DNA from: Spirochaetia bacterium
GTDB lineage: Bacteria; Spirochaetota; Spirochaetia; CADAEX01
Direction: 5' to 3'
Assembly (NCBI GenBank): GCA_045606105.1
Contig: JAZURI010000002.1
Location: 32,001-96,000, forward strand
DNA length: 64,000 nt
Shown: positions 9,028 through 18,429 of the stretch, in pieces
Numbering within the stretch: position 1 is the stretch's first letter
Layout: every line of letters starts with the position of its first letter
Program-made: the position numbers and the translations under genes
The notes under the pieces: model-generated
The model's input: the letters and a program-made list of their open reading frames with translations, nothing else
What the model was told of the DNA's origin: nothing
The model's database searches: none

Positions 9028-10976
9028 GAGTTCTCCATTTTTCTGTAGATGTACTCAGGTGAAATAGGGAAAGAGGAAACCATCTTTCCTATGGCCTGGG
9101 AGACGGCACTGCTGTATGCGGCCGGTATGATGGCAAAGGGAAGATCCCCGCAGGAATGTATATCATCGGTTTTTCTGCTGTTTATGAGACTGACGGATAT
9201 GGGAACATAGAAATCCTCCCTGTTCTTTGTAGTCCAGGCAATGCTGTTTACTACCTGCTTGTAAAGGGATTTTTTCATAAGATCCTCATTGTTCTTGGCA
9301 CCGCAGTCAAAGCAGGTCCATACCGATTCTATTATCGGTGTATAAGTGGACATATCCATTGATATCTCAACTACGGCTGCACCCCATGATATGGTATTCA
9401 TAAGCTCGTTGGGGTTAATGGATTTCGAGAACTCAAAAGGAAGTGGTACATTTATTCTCTTTTCCTGTAATGTTTTACAGCATTTCTTGACAAGCTCTGT
9501 AACTCCGGTTGTCATTCCTCCCAGAAGATCCGGTGCAGAATCCCTGTTAAGATCGGTGTGGTGAGGACCTATGAAAACTTCATCAAGTCCCGTTTCCTTT
9601 TTTATTATGCTTTCCCAGAGCTCATAGCTGAGGAACTGCTGCGGTACCGTTCCGGTAGAGAAGGTGACCTGCCAGTTGTCATTCAGCTGCATATGACCGG
9701 TAAAGTCGATGCAGAGCTTTTTGTTGAAGTCGGCATCATTCTTGAAATAGGCAATGGCAAGACCGATTCCCCGATGATAGGACCTGTCCTCGATTCCCGC
9801 CTCACGGTTCTTCTTTGCCAGCTCGTAGGAATAGTATTTTCTTCTGAAGTCGGAGCTTCTGGCAACATTAGCCACGATATTGCTTACGATATGTGAATGC
9901 TCCTCATCCACATTTTCGCATCTCCATTCGTCCGGTCCCAGCTCCCTTTCCGAAATTATGGCATTTATATGGTTTTCGGTAGCTATGAAAAGCTGCATGA
10001 AATTCGGGCCTGTAATGAAGGACATTGGCGGCATGCTGGTCTTGATAAGCCGCTGGGTGATGTTGATCTTGGAGCATTTATATCCGCCCAGGATTATTTT
10101 CAGGGAATTATCCATCACCTCCTGGCTGAAAACTGGATATGCCCCTGCATTGATGTCGATATTTACATCGCATTCCACAATCCTGTCTGTTTCCTTGAGC
10201 ACGGTGGTCCTGTATTTTATCCTGAACGGATACTGGGCCGGAACACAGCTCAGGGCCTCTTCCCTGGACAGGAAGAACTTGACGGAACGACCTGTCTTTT
10301 TTGCCACTACGGCGGCAATGGCCGCATGATAGGAGGGAAACCAGAGTCTCCCTTCAAGAGGGGACGGAATATCCATGACCTTTACCACAACATTGGTCTT
10401 GTCCACACCCATGATATCGGCCACGGTATCCCTTACATGGTCGGGCCACTGGGTTGCGGCAAATACCTTTATCATGTTTCCGAAAACATTTATGACTACA
10501 CCCAGCTGGTCATTGTACTCAAGCTTGTAGGCAAGACCGTCGGTTTCAGTCTCCACGGTGTAGAGCATATCTTCGGGAAATTCCTCATCGATATATGTCC
10601 AGGTGGATTTTCTCTCCTTCAGTATCTGTTCAGGAGTATATTCTCCGTCAAAGAAAAGAGGGGTGCTGGGATGATATTCGGTATTGATGCTGTCCAGGAT
10701 ATGGTTTACATCCTTCTCGCTTTCCGCCGCCACAATGAATACAGGCTGGTTCTGGAAGCTTACATGGTTGTCGCAGAGAAGGGGAACTGAGTTTCCCATA
10801 ACATTTATCTCGTTCTTCTCAAGATCCTCGTGAGAAAAAATATAACTGTTGTCGGGAAGATTTTCCGGGAGTCCCTTTTCGGTGATTTCTCCCTTGATGA
10901 TATCTGCCCTGAAAAGAGAGACATTTAGATAATTGACCAGGTTAAGGTCGTTGATAAAGATATCCGAATTTTCCAA
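9024..10976 (-). CDS. XDH/CoxL-like molybdopterin-subunit homolog with degenerate Moco motifs
   Basis: QPVFIVAAES, ATQWPDHVRDTVA, KTGRSVKFFLSREE, RGIGLA, WGAAVVEI, FDCG. Start probably TTG 10976 given SD AAGGA spacing (track uses GTG 10982). Confidence 0.75.
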   Translation of the reverse strand: MENSDIFINDLNLVNYLNVSLFRADIIKGEITEKGLPENLPDNSYIFSHEDLEKNEINVMGNSVPLLCDNHVSFQNQPVFIVAAESEKDVNHILDSINTEYHPSTPLFFDGEYTPEQILKERKSTWTYIDEEFPEDMLYTVETETDGLAYKLEYNDQLGVVINVFGNMIKVFAATQWPDHVRDTVADIMGVDKTNVVVKVMDIPSPLEGRLWFPSYHAAIAAVVAKKTGRSVKFFLSREEALSCVPAQYPFRIKYRTTVLKETDRIVECDVNIDINAGAYPVFSQEVMDNSLKIILGGYKCSKINITQRLIKTSMPPMSFITGPNFMQLFIATENHINAIISERELGPDEWRCENVDEEHSHIVSNIVANVARSSDFRRKYYSYELAKKNREAGIEDRSYHRGIGLAIAYFKNDADFNKKLCIDFTGHMQLNDNWQVTFSTGTVPQQFLSYELWESIIKKETGLDEVFIGPHHTDLNRDSAPDLLGGMTTGVTELVKKCCKTLQEKRINVPLPFEFSKSINPNELMNTISWGAAVVEISMDMSTYTPIIESVWTCFDCGAKNNEDLMKKSLYKQVVNSIAWTTKNREDFYVPISVSLINSRKTDDIHSCGDLPFAIIPAAYSSAVSQAIGKMVSSFPISPEYIYRKMENS

Positions 10977-10987
10977 AGGCACTTCCT

Positions 10988-11491
10988 TTACTGTTTTTTG
11001 TCAATCAGCTCAAAGCTGAAATCTATGAGAAATGCATTTTTATACATGCTCAGGCTGACCTTTGCCCTTCTTTTCCTTTTGTCAACCTTGACTATAAGCC
11101 CTTCAAGCCCTTTAAGCGGACCATCCAGTACCTCTATCTTATCATTTTCATTGAAAATTACAAAGGATTTTCTTATTGTTCTTCCATATCTTGTCAGCTG
11201 GAATATTATACGCTTTTCTTCATCCGGCAAAGGGAAAATATCTGAATTGCTTCTGAGAAAATGGCAGAAAAAAGGGATTTTCCTCAATTTACAGCAGGTG
11301 TCATCGTCAATTTCCTCAGACTCCAGGAAAACATATCCGGGAAAAACCGGGACTTCGGCAGTAGTGCTTTTTCCCTGTTTCCTTATGGTGAGCTCTCTCT
11401 GAGGAACAAACAGATTCAGTCCCAGCGGTTCTGCCAGCCTGATAAACTGCTTTTCCTTTCCTGTGAGTATCTGCAAGACAAAAATATTCAT
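10988..11491 (-). CDS. Specialised NusG paralog (LoaP/UpxY-like antiterminator)
   Basis: NGN domain (FVLQILTGKE, PVFPGYVF) and KOW (IEVLDGPLKGLEGLIVKVDKRKRRAKV); not in a secE-rplK context. Start set at ATG 11491. Confidence 0.85.
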   Translation of the reverse strand: MNIFVLQILTGKEKQFIRLAEPLGLNLFVPQRELTIRKQGKSTTAEVPVFPGYVFLESEEIDDDTCCKLRKIPFFCHFLRSNSDIFPLPDEEKRIIFQLTRYGRTIRKSFVIFNENDKIEVLDGPLKGLEGLIVKVDKRKRRAKVSLSMYKNAFLIDFSFELIDKKQ

Positions 11492-11498
11492 CACTTTA

Positions 11499-11527
11499 AT
11501 AATAACCCTAAATTTGAAGCAGAACAA
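11499..11527 (-). promoter_or_regulatory. sigma70 promoter of the NusG-paralog operon, apparently leaderless
   Basis: TTGTTC-17nt-TATTAT-taaagtg-ATG. Confidence 0.55.
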
Positions 11528-11550
11528 GGTTTATTTCCCGTTTAATCAGT

Positions 11551-12828
11551 ATGTTGAGGTATATTTTTACTTTGCTGCTGCTTCTGGTCTCCATTCCCAT
11601 CCATTCCATGCCGGAGAAGGCTGAAATCAGGTCCTTCGGTTCCACTGAGGGGATAAGCAGACGAAGGCTCTATATTGAGGATGAGGATATAAAACTCTCT
11701 GTGGTCAGGTCTGAAAAGAAGGGTGAGGAGTACAGCTCGCTTTCCTTTGTCTCCCCGGTCCTTGGACTGGGAAAGCTGAAGACCAGGGGGCTGTTTACCG
11801 AAATTCTGAATCCATGCGGTTACGGACCCGATACAGATGTCTTTACGGAGGAGGGAAAGCTGGTTTTTGACAAGGGAATGACAGAAAGCGGAAAATACGG
11901 CATGTATGCAAAGCCCTTTGGAAGCCTGACTTTCTTTACCCTGGGAACATCCCAGGAGCCGGAAATCAGGGGTCTGCATGCCTGTGCCGGCAACAATTGG
12001 TTCCGTCTTGAGGCATTATATGAAAATTCCGACCCTGTACAGAATGCCGGAAGCAGCTATTATCTTAAAAACACAGTCCATAATGAAAAATGTACTCTCA
12101 GCAATTCTGCCCTGAAGCTTGATATAGCCCATGATTTCTTTATGTTTTCATCTGTTACCGCCCTGTCATCGGGGAGCTACATGAATTCAGGGCTGTATAA
12201 CCGGGAATTTGCAGCCATTTTTCTCGGAAACAGGGCAGAAATAGATATTTCCTTTTCAGGCTGTACGGAAAATTATATTGCCCCCTTGGGTAAATTGCCT
12301 GTCTCCAGGTACAGATACGGAATCAGTACCCTTGTTTATCCCTTTCCGTTCATGAGCCTTTCAGGGAAAATGTGTACCGATTTCAGACCTCCCGATTTCA
12401 AGGATGAGCTTTACAACGATTTTGTCAGGGAATGGATGCTTAAAACCGTGATAGATGTCCGGAATTTCAGACTGAAGCTGAGCTGGGAACGGGAGGATAT
12501 TTTTGAAAACACCGGCGAAGAGAATGAAAAGAGTGTTGCTGCATCAGGCTTGTCCTACGACAACGGACTTCTTTATCTTGCCTTCAGCTGTAAGCTTTAT
12601 ATGGAAAACGGCGGTGAGACAAGAAAGGGAACCGACAGTACATTGAAGCTGGACTTTGATAAGATAAGGCTTTCCGCAGGCTGGAAAAGGGATGTCCGGG
12701 AAAAAATAACAGATACATTCTCCCAGGAGCTGACTCTTGTAAACAGAAATTTTGAGCTGAAGCTTGATCATGATAAAATAACAGGGGAGTGCTCCACATT
12801 TTCTGTGACGGCAGAAATATCTTATTGA
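11551..12828 (+). CDS. Exported hypothetical protein, probable outer-membrane beta-barrel
   Basis: Signal peptide, many alternating-hydrophobic strands, C-terminal FSVTAEISY ending in an aromatic residue. Confidence 0.6.
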   Translation: MLRYIFTLLLLLVSIPIHSMPEKAEIRSFGSTEGISRRRLYIEDEDIKLSVVRSEKKGEEYSSLSFVSPVLGLGKLKTRGLFTEILNPCGYGPDTDVFTEEGKLVFDKGMTESGKYGMYAKPFGSLTFFTLGTSQEPEIRGLHACAGNNWFRLEALYENSDPVQNAGSSYYLKNTVHNEKCTLSNSALKLDIAHDFFMFSSVTALSSGSYMNSGLYNREFAAIFLGNRAEIDISFSGCTENYIAPLGKLPVSRYRYGISTLVYPFPFMSLSGKMCTDFRPPDFKDELYNDFVREWMLKTVIDVRNFRLKLSWEREDIFENTGEENEKSVAASGLSYDNGLLYLAFSCKLYMENGGETRKGTDSTLKLDFDKIRLSAGWKRDVREKITDTFSQELTLVNRNFELKLDHDKITGECSTFSVTAEISY

Positions 12829-12853
12829 ATTTTTGAATGAATGAATGTATCAT
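12825..12853 (+). promoter_or_regulatory. sigma70 promoter of pyrBI-rarA (leadered)
   Basis: TTGAAT-17nt-TATCAT, then SD GAGGT before ATG 12869. Confidence 0.5.
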
Positions 12854-12868
12854 TATTTCAGAGGTAAT

Positions 12869-14458
12869 ATGAGTAATAATACATTTAAAGGACGCAGTTT
12901 TACTGTAATTGACGATTTCTCCTTTGACGAGAAAATGTATCTTTTCAGAAAGGCCCGTGAGCTTAAGGAGCTTCTCAGGAACAATGACAAGGCTGCACTG
13001 GAAAAATTCAGAATTAATGACAGCGATTTCGGAATCTACGAGGTATTCATCGAGGACAGTACCAGAACCAAGGAATCCTTCAAGAATGCGGCAGAATTCC
13101 ACAGAGTCAAGCTTTCAAACCTTGATACCTCCCATTCTTCCATAAACAAGCAGGAAAGCTTTGCCGATACCTTCAACACCCTTTCAGGCTACGACAACAA
13201 CATCTTTATCGTAAGGAGCCGTCAGGAGGGTCTCTGCAGATGGCTGGAGGAGAACGGACGCAATTATGCCGAAAGGAACAATCTCCCCATTCCCCCTGCA
13301 TTCATAAATGCCGGCGACGGTAAGCACGAGCATCCTACCCAGGAACTGCTGGATGATTTTACCTTCCTTGAGCACAACAACTGGGATACAGCTTCCATAC
13401 ATATTGCCCTGGTGGGTGACCTTTATCACGGAAGAACGGTACATTCAAAGGCTGACGGCCTGAAAATCTTCGATAATGTAACCATAGACCTTATAGCACC
13501 GCCGGAACTGGCCATGCCGGAATTCTACTATGACAAGATGATCCAGAACGGATTCAGGCTCAATACATACAGCTCCATAGAGGAATACCTTGAAAAGGGT
13601 TCAGTGGCAAAAATCTGGTACTTTACCAGACCTCAGCTTGAAAGGATGGGAGATGCGGTACTCAAGAAGCAGGAAATACTGAGAGACAGCATCACCTTCA
13701 GAGAAGCCTTCATGGACAAGCTGCCGGAGGGAACAATATTCTATCATCCGCTTCCGAGACACAAGGTTTATCCTACAATTCCTACATTCCTGGATACCAC
13801 CCCTCTCAACGGATGGGAAAACCAGTCCATAAACGGAAAGATAGTCAGAATTATCCTTCTCGGACTTATTGCGGGAAAGATCGGAGATGATTTTACCGGA
13901 GAGGTGCAGTACAGACATGCGGCTGAGGATTCAGAGGACTTCATAGTTCCAATGCCTATACATCATAACGCACCTATCAAGGATTGCTCCGAAGGGGTTA
14001 AGCCTATTTCAAACGGTCTTGTCATCGACCACATCTTCAGGGGCAGAAGCGAAAGCGAAATCCGCGAACAGCTCGGAAGGATTATCCGTCTGCTGAAGCT
14101 TTACGGCAAGGGCGGTGAGTGGGTAACCTCATCAAGGGCTGAACCGGGAATGATGAAAGGAATCATATTCCGTCCCGATCACGGTGAATTCGGTATCAAG
14201 AACCTGAAAAGGCTTGCTTCCCTGGCACCGGGATGTACCGTCAATGTCATTGAGAACAGGAAGGTAATCAAGAAGCTGAAGCTTCATATGCCTCCTAAGA
14301 TCTATAATTTCGACGATATTGAATGCAGCAATCCTGACTGTATCAGCAACCATGAGCAGGGAGAGAATATTCCGTCCGAATTCTACAAGACTGCAGATGA
14401 CAAATTTGTCTGCAAGTACTGTGAAAAAATTCATACCTTCATGGAAATCTGGAAATAA
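12869..14458 (+). CDS. pyrB: Aspartate carbamoyltransferase, fused catalytic + regulatory chains (PyrBI)
   Basis: EDSTRT, INAGDGKHEHPTQ, GDLYHGRTVHS, YHPLP; C-terminal PyrI part LVIDHI with Zn site CSNPDC..CKYC. Confidence 0.95.
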   Translation: MSNNTFKGRSFTVIDDFSFDEKMYLFRKARELKELLRNNDKAALEKFRINDSDFGIYEVFIEDSTRTKESFKNAAEFHRVKLSNLDTSHSSINKQESFADTFNTLSGYDNNIFIVRSRQEGLCRWLEENGRNYAERNNLPIPPAFINAGDGKHEHPTQELLDDFTFLEHNNWDTASIHIALVGDLYHGRTVHSKADGLKIFDNVTIDLIAPPELAMPEFYYDKMIQNGFRLNTYSSIEEYLEKGSVAKIWYFTRPQLERMGDAVLKKQEILRDSITFREAFMDKLPEGTIFYHPLPRHKVYPTIPTFLDTTPLNGWENQSINGKIVRIILLGLIAGKIGDDFTGEVQYRHAAEDSEDFIVPMPIHHNAPIKDCSEGVKPISNGLVIDHIFRGRSESEIREQLGRIIRLLKLYGKGGEWVTSSRAEPGMMKGIIFRPDHGEFGIKNLKRLASLAPGCTVNVIENRKVIKKLKLHMPPKIYNFDDIECSNPDCISNHEQGENIPSEFYKTADDKFVCKYCEKIHTFMEIWK

Positions 14459-16647
14459 TGGAACTGTTCAGCGGAATCAACAACACCAACCGTCCGCTGG
14501 CTGATGCAATGCGGCCTGAAACCCTGGATGATTTCGTAGGGCAGGAGCATATTATCGGAAAGGGGAGACTGCTCCGCCGTGCCATCCAGGCCGACCAGCT
14601 CTCTTCCCTGATCTTCTACGGTCCTCCGGGAACCGGCAAAACCACGCTGGCCCGGATCATAGCCAATACCACCAGCAGTTATTTCATTACAATAAATGCA
14701 GTTCTCTCCGGGGTCAAGGAGATCCGGGATGCCATAGACGAGGCAAAAAAGCGGAGAGATTACTATGGTAAAAGGACCATACTTTTTGTTGATGAGGTTC
14801 ACAGGTGGAACAAGGCCCAGCAGGATGCCCTGCTTCCATGGGTTGAAAACGGGACTTTCATCTTTATCGGTGCCACTACCGAAAATCCATACTTTGAGGT
14901 CAATTCCGCCCTTGTAAGCAGAAGCCGTGTCTTTCAGCTTCTTTCTCTTACCAAAGAAGACCTTATAAAGGCGGCTGAAAATGCCATCCGTGACAAAAAC
15001 CGCGGATACGGCCGTTACGACATTGAATTCGAGCCGGGAGCACTGGAACATCTGGCTGCAATAGCCAACGGTGATGCCAGAAGCATGCTGAATGCACTTC
15101 AGCTGGCTGTGGAGACCACTCCCGCATCATTTCCTCCTGCCCAGGGGGAAAAAATAACCATAACACTGGAAATAGCTGAGGAGAGTATCCAGAAAAAGGC
15201 CCTTCTTTACGACAAGGAGGGAGATTATCATTATGATACCATCAGTGCCTTCATAAAATCACTGCGGGGAAGTGATCCTGATGCCGCCCTGTACTGGATG
15301 GCAAGAATGATTGCCGGAGGAGAGGATCCCAAGTTTCTGTTCCGGAGGATGATGATTCTTGCTTCCGAGGATGTGGGACTGGCAGAGCCGGGGGCTCTGG
15401 GTGTGGTTGTATCTGCAGCAGAGGCCTTTGACAGGGTCGGTATGCCGGAAGGGCAGTTTTTCCTTTCACAGGCAGCTTTGTATCTTGCCCTCTGCCGTAA
15501 ATCCAACTCTACTATGGGATATTTTGATGCCCTGGCTGCGGTGAAGAGTGAAAAGCAGTCGGAGGTTCCCAACCATCTCAAGGATCCTTCCAGGGATAAA
15601 GAGAGCTTCGGACACGGTGAAGGCTATAAATATCCCCATGCCTTCAGGGATCATTGGGTGGCCCAGCAGTATCTTCCGTCTGCCCTTAAAGGTAAGGTTT
15701 TCTATACACCGGGAAATCTGGGATATGAAAAGGATGGTGCAGAAAATCTGGCCAGGCGAAGAGAGGCACAGCTGGAAGCACAGCTTGATACAGAGGCTGC
15801 AGGAGAGGTTCTCACCTTTTCACCTGAAGACAAGGGACGCGATGCCTGGTTCAGGAGAACGGCAGGGGAGAAAAACATGGTTCTTTCCGCCCTCAGGGAT
15901 GAAATCATTTCATCCGTTACCATTCAGAGGCATCACAGGATTCTGATTCCGGGAAACGACAAGGGGCTGCTGGCCTGGGAAGGGGCACGGCTTGCACCGG
16001 AAGGGGGAGTAACGGTTCTGGTAGATCGACCGGAGGATACCGGCTATTTTATAAACTATCCCTCCGTGCTGCCTGAAATTGAGCGCCCTGAAGCACTGTT
16101 CTCAGATCCGGTTTCCCTCAGCAGAGGTGATAACCTTTACGATATCATCATAGGACGGAACATTTTTACCAAAGAGGATAAATCTGCCCTTTTCAATGCA
16201 CTGTACAGCCTTATGGACAAGGATGGAAAAGGGGTTTTTGCCCAGATTGTCCCATGCTATTCCACCCGCCTTTCAGACATTGTGGGAAACAGGCTTTCTG
16301 AAGAAGAGCTCTCCGGGCTGGTCTGCTGCGAGGAAAAAATCTATTCGGGTGCTGATAACCTGCTTATGAACTGGAACGAGGAGACTCTTTCCCGGACGGC
16401 CCGTCAGTGCGGCTTTGAAGTCAGATGCCGTCTCAGGAGCTTTACGGAAAAAAGGTTCATTACGGAACGGGATGCGGAAAACTGGTTTGATGTTTCCAGA
16501 AAGGATTCCTATGGCTCAGGCTTGAAGGAAATGCCACTGCTGGCTGAAAAGGTACGGAATCTCATACTTCTGAACAGGGAAGAGGGAATATCCTGGAAAA
16601 GCGTATGGGCTGTAATTGAGCTCAGAAAAGGTCAGGATCTGGACTGA
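14458..16647 (+). CDS. rarA: RarA/MgsA AAA+ ATPase fused to a C-terminal methyltransferase-like domain
   Basis: [62 protein letters not shown], plus about 290 extra residues. Confidence 0.92.
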   Translation: MELFSGINNTNRPLADAMRPETLDDFVGQEHIIGKGRLLRRAIQADQLSSLIFYGPPGTGKTTLARIIANTTSSYFITINAVLSGVKEIRDAIDEAKKRRDYYGKRTILFVDEVHRWNKAQQDALLPWVENGTFIFIGATTENPYFEVNSALVSRSRVFQLLSLTKEDLIKAAENAIRDKNRGYGRYDIEFEPGALEHLAAIANGDARSMLNALQLAVETTPASFPPAQGEKITITLEIAEESIQKKALLYDKEGDYHYDTISAFIKSLRGSDPDAALYWMARMIAGGEDPKFLFRRMMILASEDVGLAEPGALGVVVSAAEAFDRVGMPEGQFFLSQAALYLALCRKSNSTMGYFDALAAVKSEKQSEVPNHLKDPSRDKESFGHGEGYKYPHAFRDHWVAQQYLPSALKGKVFYTPGNLGYEKDGAENLARRREAQLEAQLDTEAAGEVLTFSPEDKGRDAWFRRTAGEKNMVLSALRDEIISSVTIQRHHRILIPGNDKGLLAWEGARLAPEGGVTVLVDRPEDTGYFINYPSVLPEIERPEALFSDPVSLSRGDNLYDIIIGRNIFTKEDKSALFNALYSLMDKDGKGVFAQIVPCYSTRLSDIVGNRLSEEELSGLVCCEEKIYSGADNLLMNWNEETLSRTARQCGFEVRCRLRSFTEKRFITERDAENWFDVSRKDSYGSGLKEMPLLAEKVRNLILLNREEGISWKSVWAVIELRKGQDLD

Positions 16648-17960
16648 AGAATCGACTCCATGGAATTATCCTCATGGAGAACCCTGAGAAAGTCCTTTCT
16701 TGTAAGAATACCCACCATATCGTTGTCATCATTGACAACCGGCATATGATTGTACTTGTTCTCAAGGAAAACCCTTTCAATATCCCTCATTGTTGCATAG
16801 AAAGGAATGGTGATTACCTTCTTGCTCATGTAGGCCTTTACAGGGGACTGCATGCAGTTTGCCTTTTCTGCGTTTTTCACATCCTTGTTACCCAGCATTC
16901 CTACGATCTTGTGATTGCCGTCCAGGACCGGAACTGCCGTATGGTTTATCTCTTCAAGATAGACAGCAGCTTCGTTCATGTTCACGGTATCTGGAATATA
17001 TTTTACCAGACGGTTCATTATGGTCTCAGCGGTAATGGCCGGAACCAGGTTTCCCAACACATCGATCAGCTTGCTGTAAACCTCATCTCCCGACGATTTC
17101 TTTATGGTAGCCGAGGCTGCCTTGTCATGTCCGCCGCCGCCGAAATCCTTCAGCAGCTCATTTACCCTGATGGAGCTTCTCTGGCTCCGGGCAATGATAT
17201 TTGTAACCTTTTCCTTCTTTGAATAAAAAACTGCAAAGAAAGCTTCCGGATTCTCTATTTCAAACACCTTTTCCACAACAGCAGCCAGACCGTTCAGTCT
17301 CTGTTCCGTCTCTATGTTGCAGAGTATGATCTCGTGACCGTTTATGTTTCTGAAAACAAGGGAATTGAGAACCCTGTGGAAATAGGAAATCTGGTAATTC
17401 TTCTTCAGAGGTTTCAGGAAATACTTCACCAGCTTTATGGAAGCTCCCATGCTGACAAAGAACCGGGCTGCCTCGAAATCCTCCGGGGCGGTCCTTTCGA
17501 TGGTGAAGTTCAGGGTGTCGGAATAGATGCCGGTAAGGGCAATGGTTGCCTCCTCCATATCCAGCGTGATACCCTTTTCTATAATCTCCATGGCCAGGTT
17601 TGTTGTATTTGAGCCGTAATTCACCAGCTTAAGCTCACTGCCGGGAATATCGTTGCTTTCACCGGGATGATGGTCGTATATGATGATTTTCCCCGTTGCT
17701 CTCTGGATTGCTGGAATGAACTCCTTTACCCTTGAAGAGGAGGAGGTATCTACTATTACGACATTCTCAATAGGCTGATCCTTCAGATCAGGGGTCGTAA
17801 GAAAATTGATCTTGTTCTTGTAATATCCGATAAGATTTCCGGCCACGGGATTTATCAGGTCGCAGAGGACAACATTGTAATCCGTATAAAGCTTTTTAGC
17901 CAGGAGCATTGATGAAAGACAGTCCAGGTCAGTATTTGAATGACCGATTATAATATTCAT
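16632..17960 (-). CDS. DHH-DHHA1 phosphoesterase with tandem CBS domains
   Basis: GHSNTDLD, VIVDTS, YDHH, GIYSDT, GGGGHDKAASA, then two CBS repeats (HTAVPVLD, NHMPVVND..VGILTRKD). Confidence 0.88.
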   Translation of the reverse strand: MNIIIGHSNTDLDCLSSMLLAKKLYTDYNVVLCDLINPVAGNLIGYYKNKINFLTTPDLKDQPIENVVIVDTSSSSRVKEFIPAIQRATGKIIIYDHHPGESNDIPGSELKLVNYGSNTTNLAMEIIEKGITLDMEEATIALTGIYSDTLNFTIERTAPEDFEAARFFVSMGASIKLVKYFLKPLKKNYQISYFHRVLNSLVFRNINGHEIILCNIETEQRLNGLAAVVEKVFEIENPEAFFAVFYSKKEKVTNIIARSQRSSIRVNELLKDFGGGGHDKAASATIKKSSGDEVYSKLIDVLGNLVPAITAETIMNRLVKYIPDTVNMNEAAVYLEEINHTAVPVLDGNHKIVGMLGNKDVKNAEKANCMQSPVKAYMSKKVITIPFYATMRDIERVFLENKYNHMPVVNDDNDMVGILTRKDFLRVLHEDNSMESILQSRS

Positions 17961-17978
17961 TTTTATAACCTTAATTTA

Positions 17979-18007
17979 AATATAAATCCGGTATACAAAC
18001 AAGTCAA
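17979..18007 (-). promoter_or_regulatory. sigma70 promoter of the DHH-CBS gene (leadered)
   Basis: TTGACT-17nt-TATATT, SD AAGGT before ATG 17960. Confidence 0.55.
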
Positions 18008-18028
18008 CATTTATTATTATTAAAAACG

Positions 18029-18391
18029 ATGAAGAAAATACATTATTTCCTTGTCATTCTGATGATTTTCTCCCTTTCCGGTTGCAGAAAGGAAGTAAAG
18101 GAAGAGTTTCCCGATATAAAGCTTCCGGTAACCTCCGAGCTTGTGACTACCTTTGCATACGGTGCCCCGGTGGGAACTTATCTCCGCATCAGGGAAAACC
18201 CGGATATAAATTCGGCTCCTGTTGACATGATCTGGAAAAATGACATTTTTGAAATCATCACCAAGACCGCAGACCCCGAAGTTGTGGACGGCAGGGAGGA
18301 TTACTGGTACAAGGTGAAGTTCGGGGATATCCAGGGATGGGTTTTCGGCTCCGGCATCAGGCTCTACGAAGATATCAAAAATATAAAATAA
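18029..18391 (+). CDS. SH3b-domain lipoprotein
   Basis: Lipobox LSGC; LRIRENP, WYKV, GWVFGS. Confidence 0.8.
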   Translation: MKKIHYFLVILMIFSLSGCRKEVKEEFPDIKLPVTSELVTTFAYGAPVGTYLRIRENPDINSAPVDMIWKNDIFEIITKTADPEVVDGREDYWYKVKFGDIQGWVFGSGIRLYEDIKNIK

Positions 18392-18394
18392 AAG

Positions 18395-18423
18395 TTGCTT
18401 TTTATATGTTAATTGTGTAAAAT
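18395..18423 (+). promoter_or_regulatory. sigma70 promoter of the murG operon, apparently leaderless
   Basis: TTGCTT-17nt-TAAAAT-tgacac-ATG(18430). Confidence 0.65.
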
Positions 18424-18429
18424 TGACAC

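Noticed and set aside
9897-10790. 297-aa plus-strand ORF and similar long antisense ORFs (14431-15051, 57108-57770, 62928-63554)
   Set aside because: All lie fully opposite well-supported genes and lack motifs; expected from codon bias.
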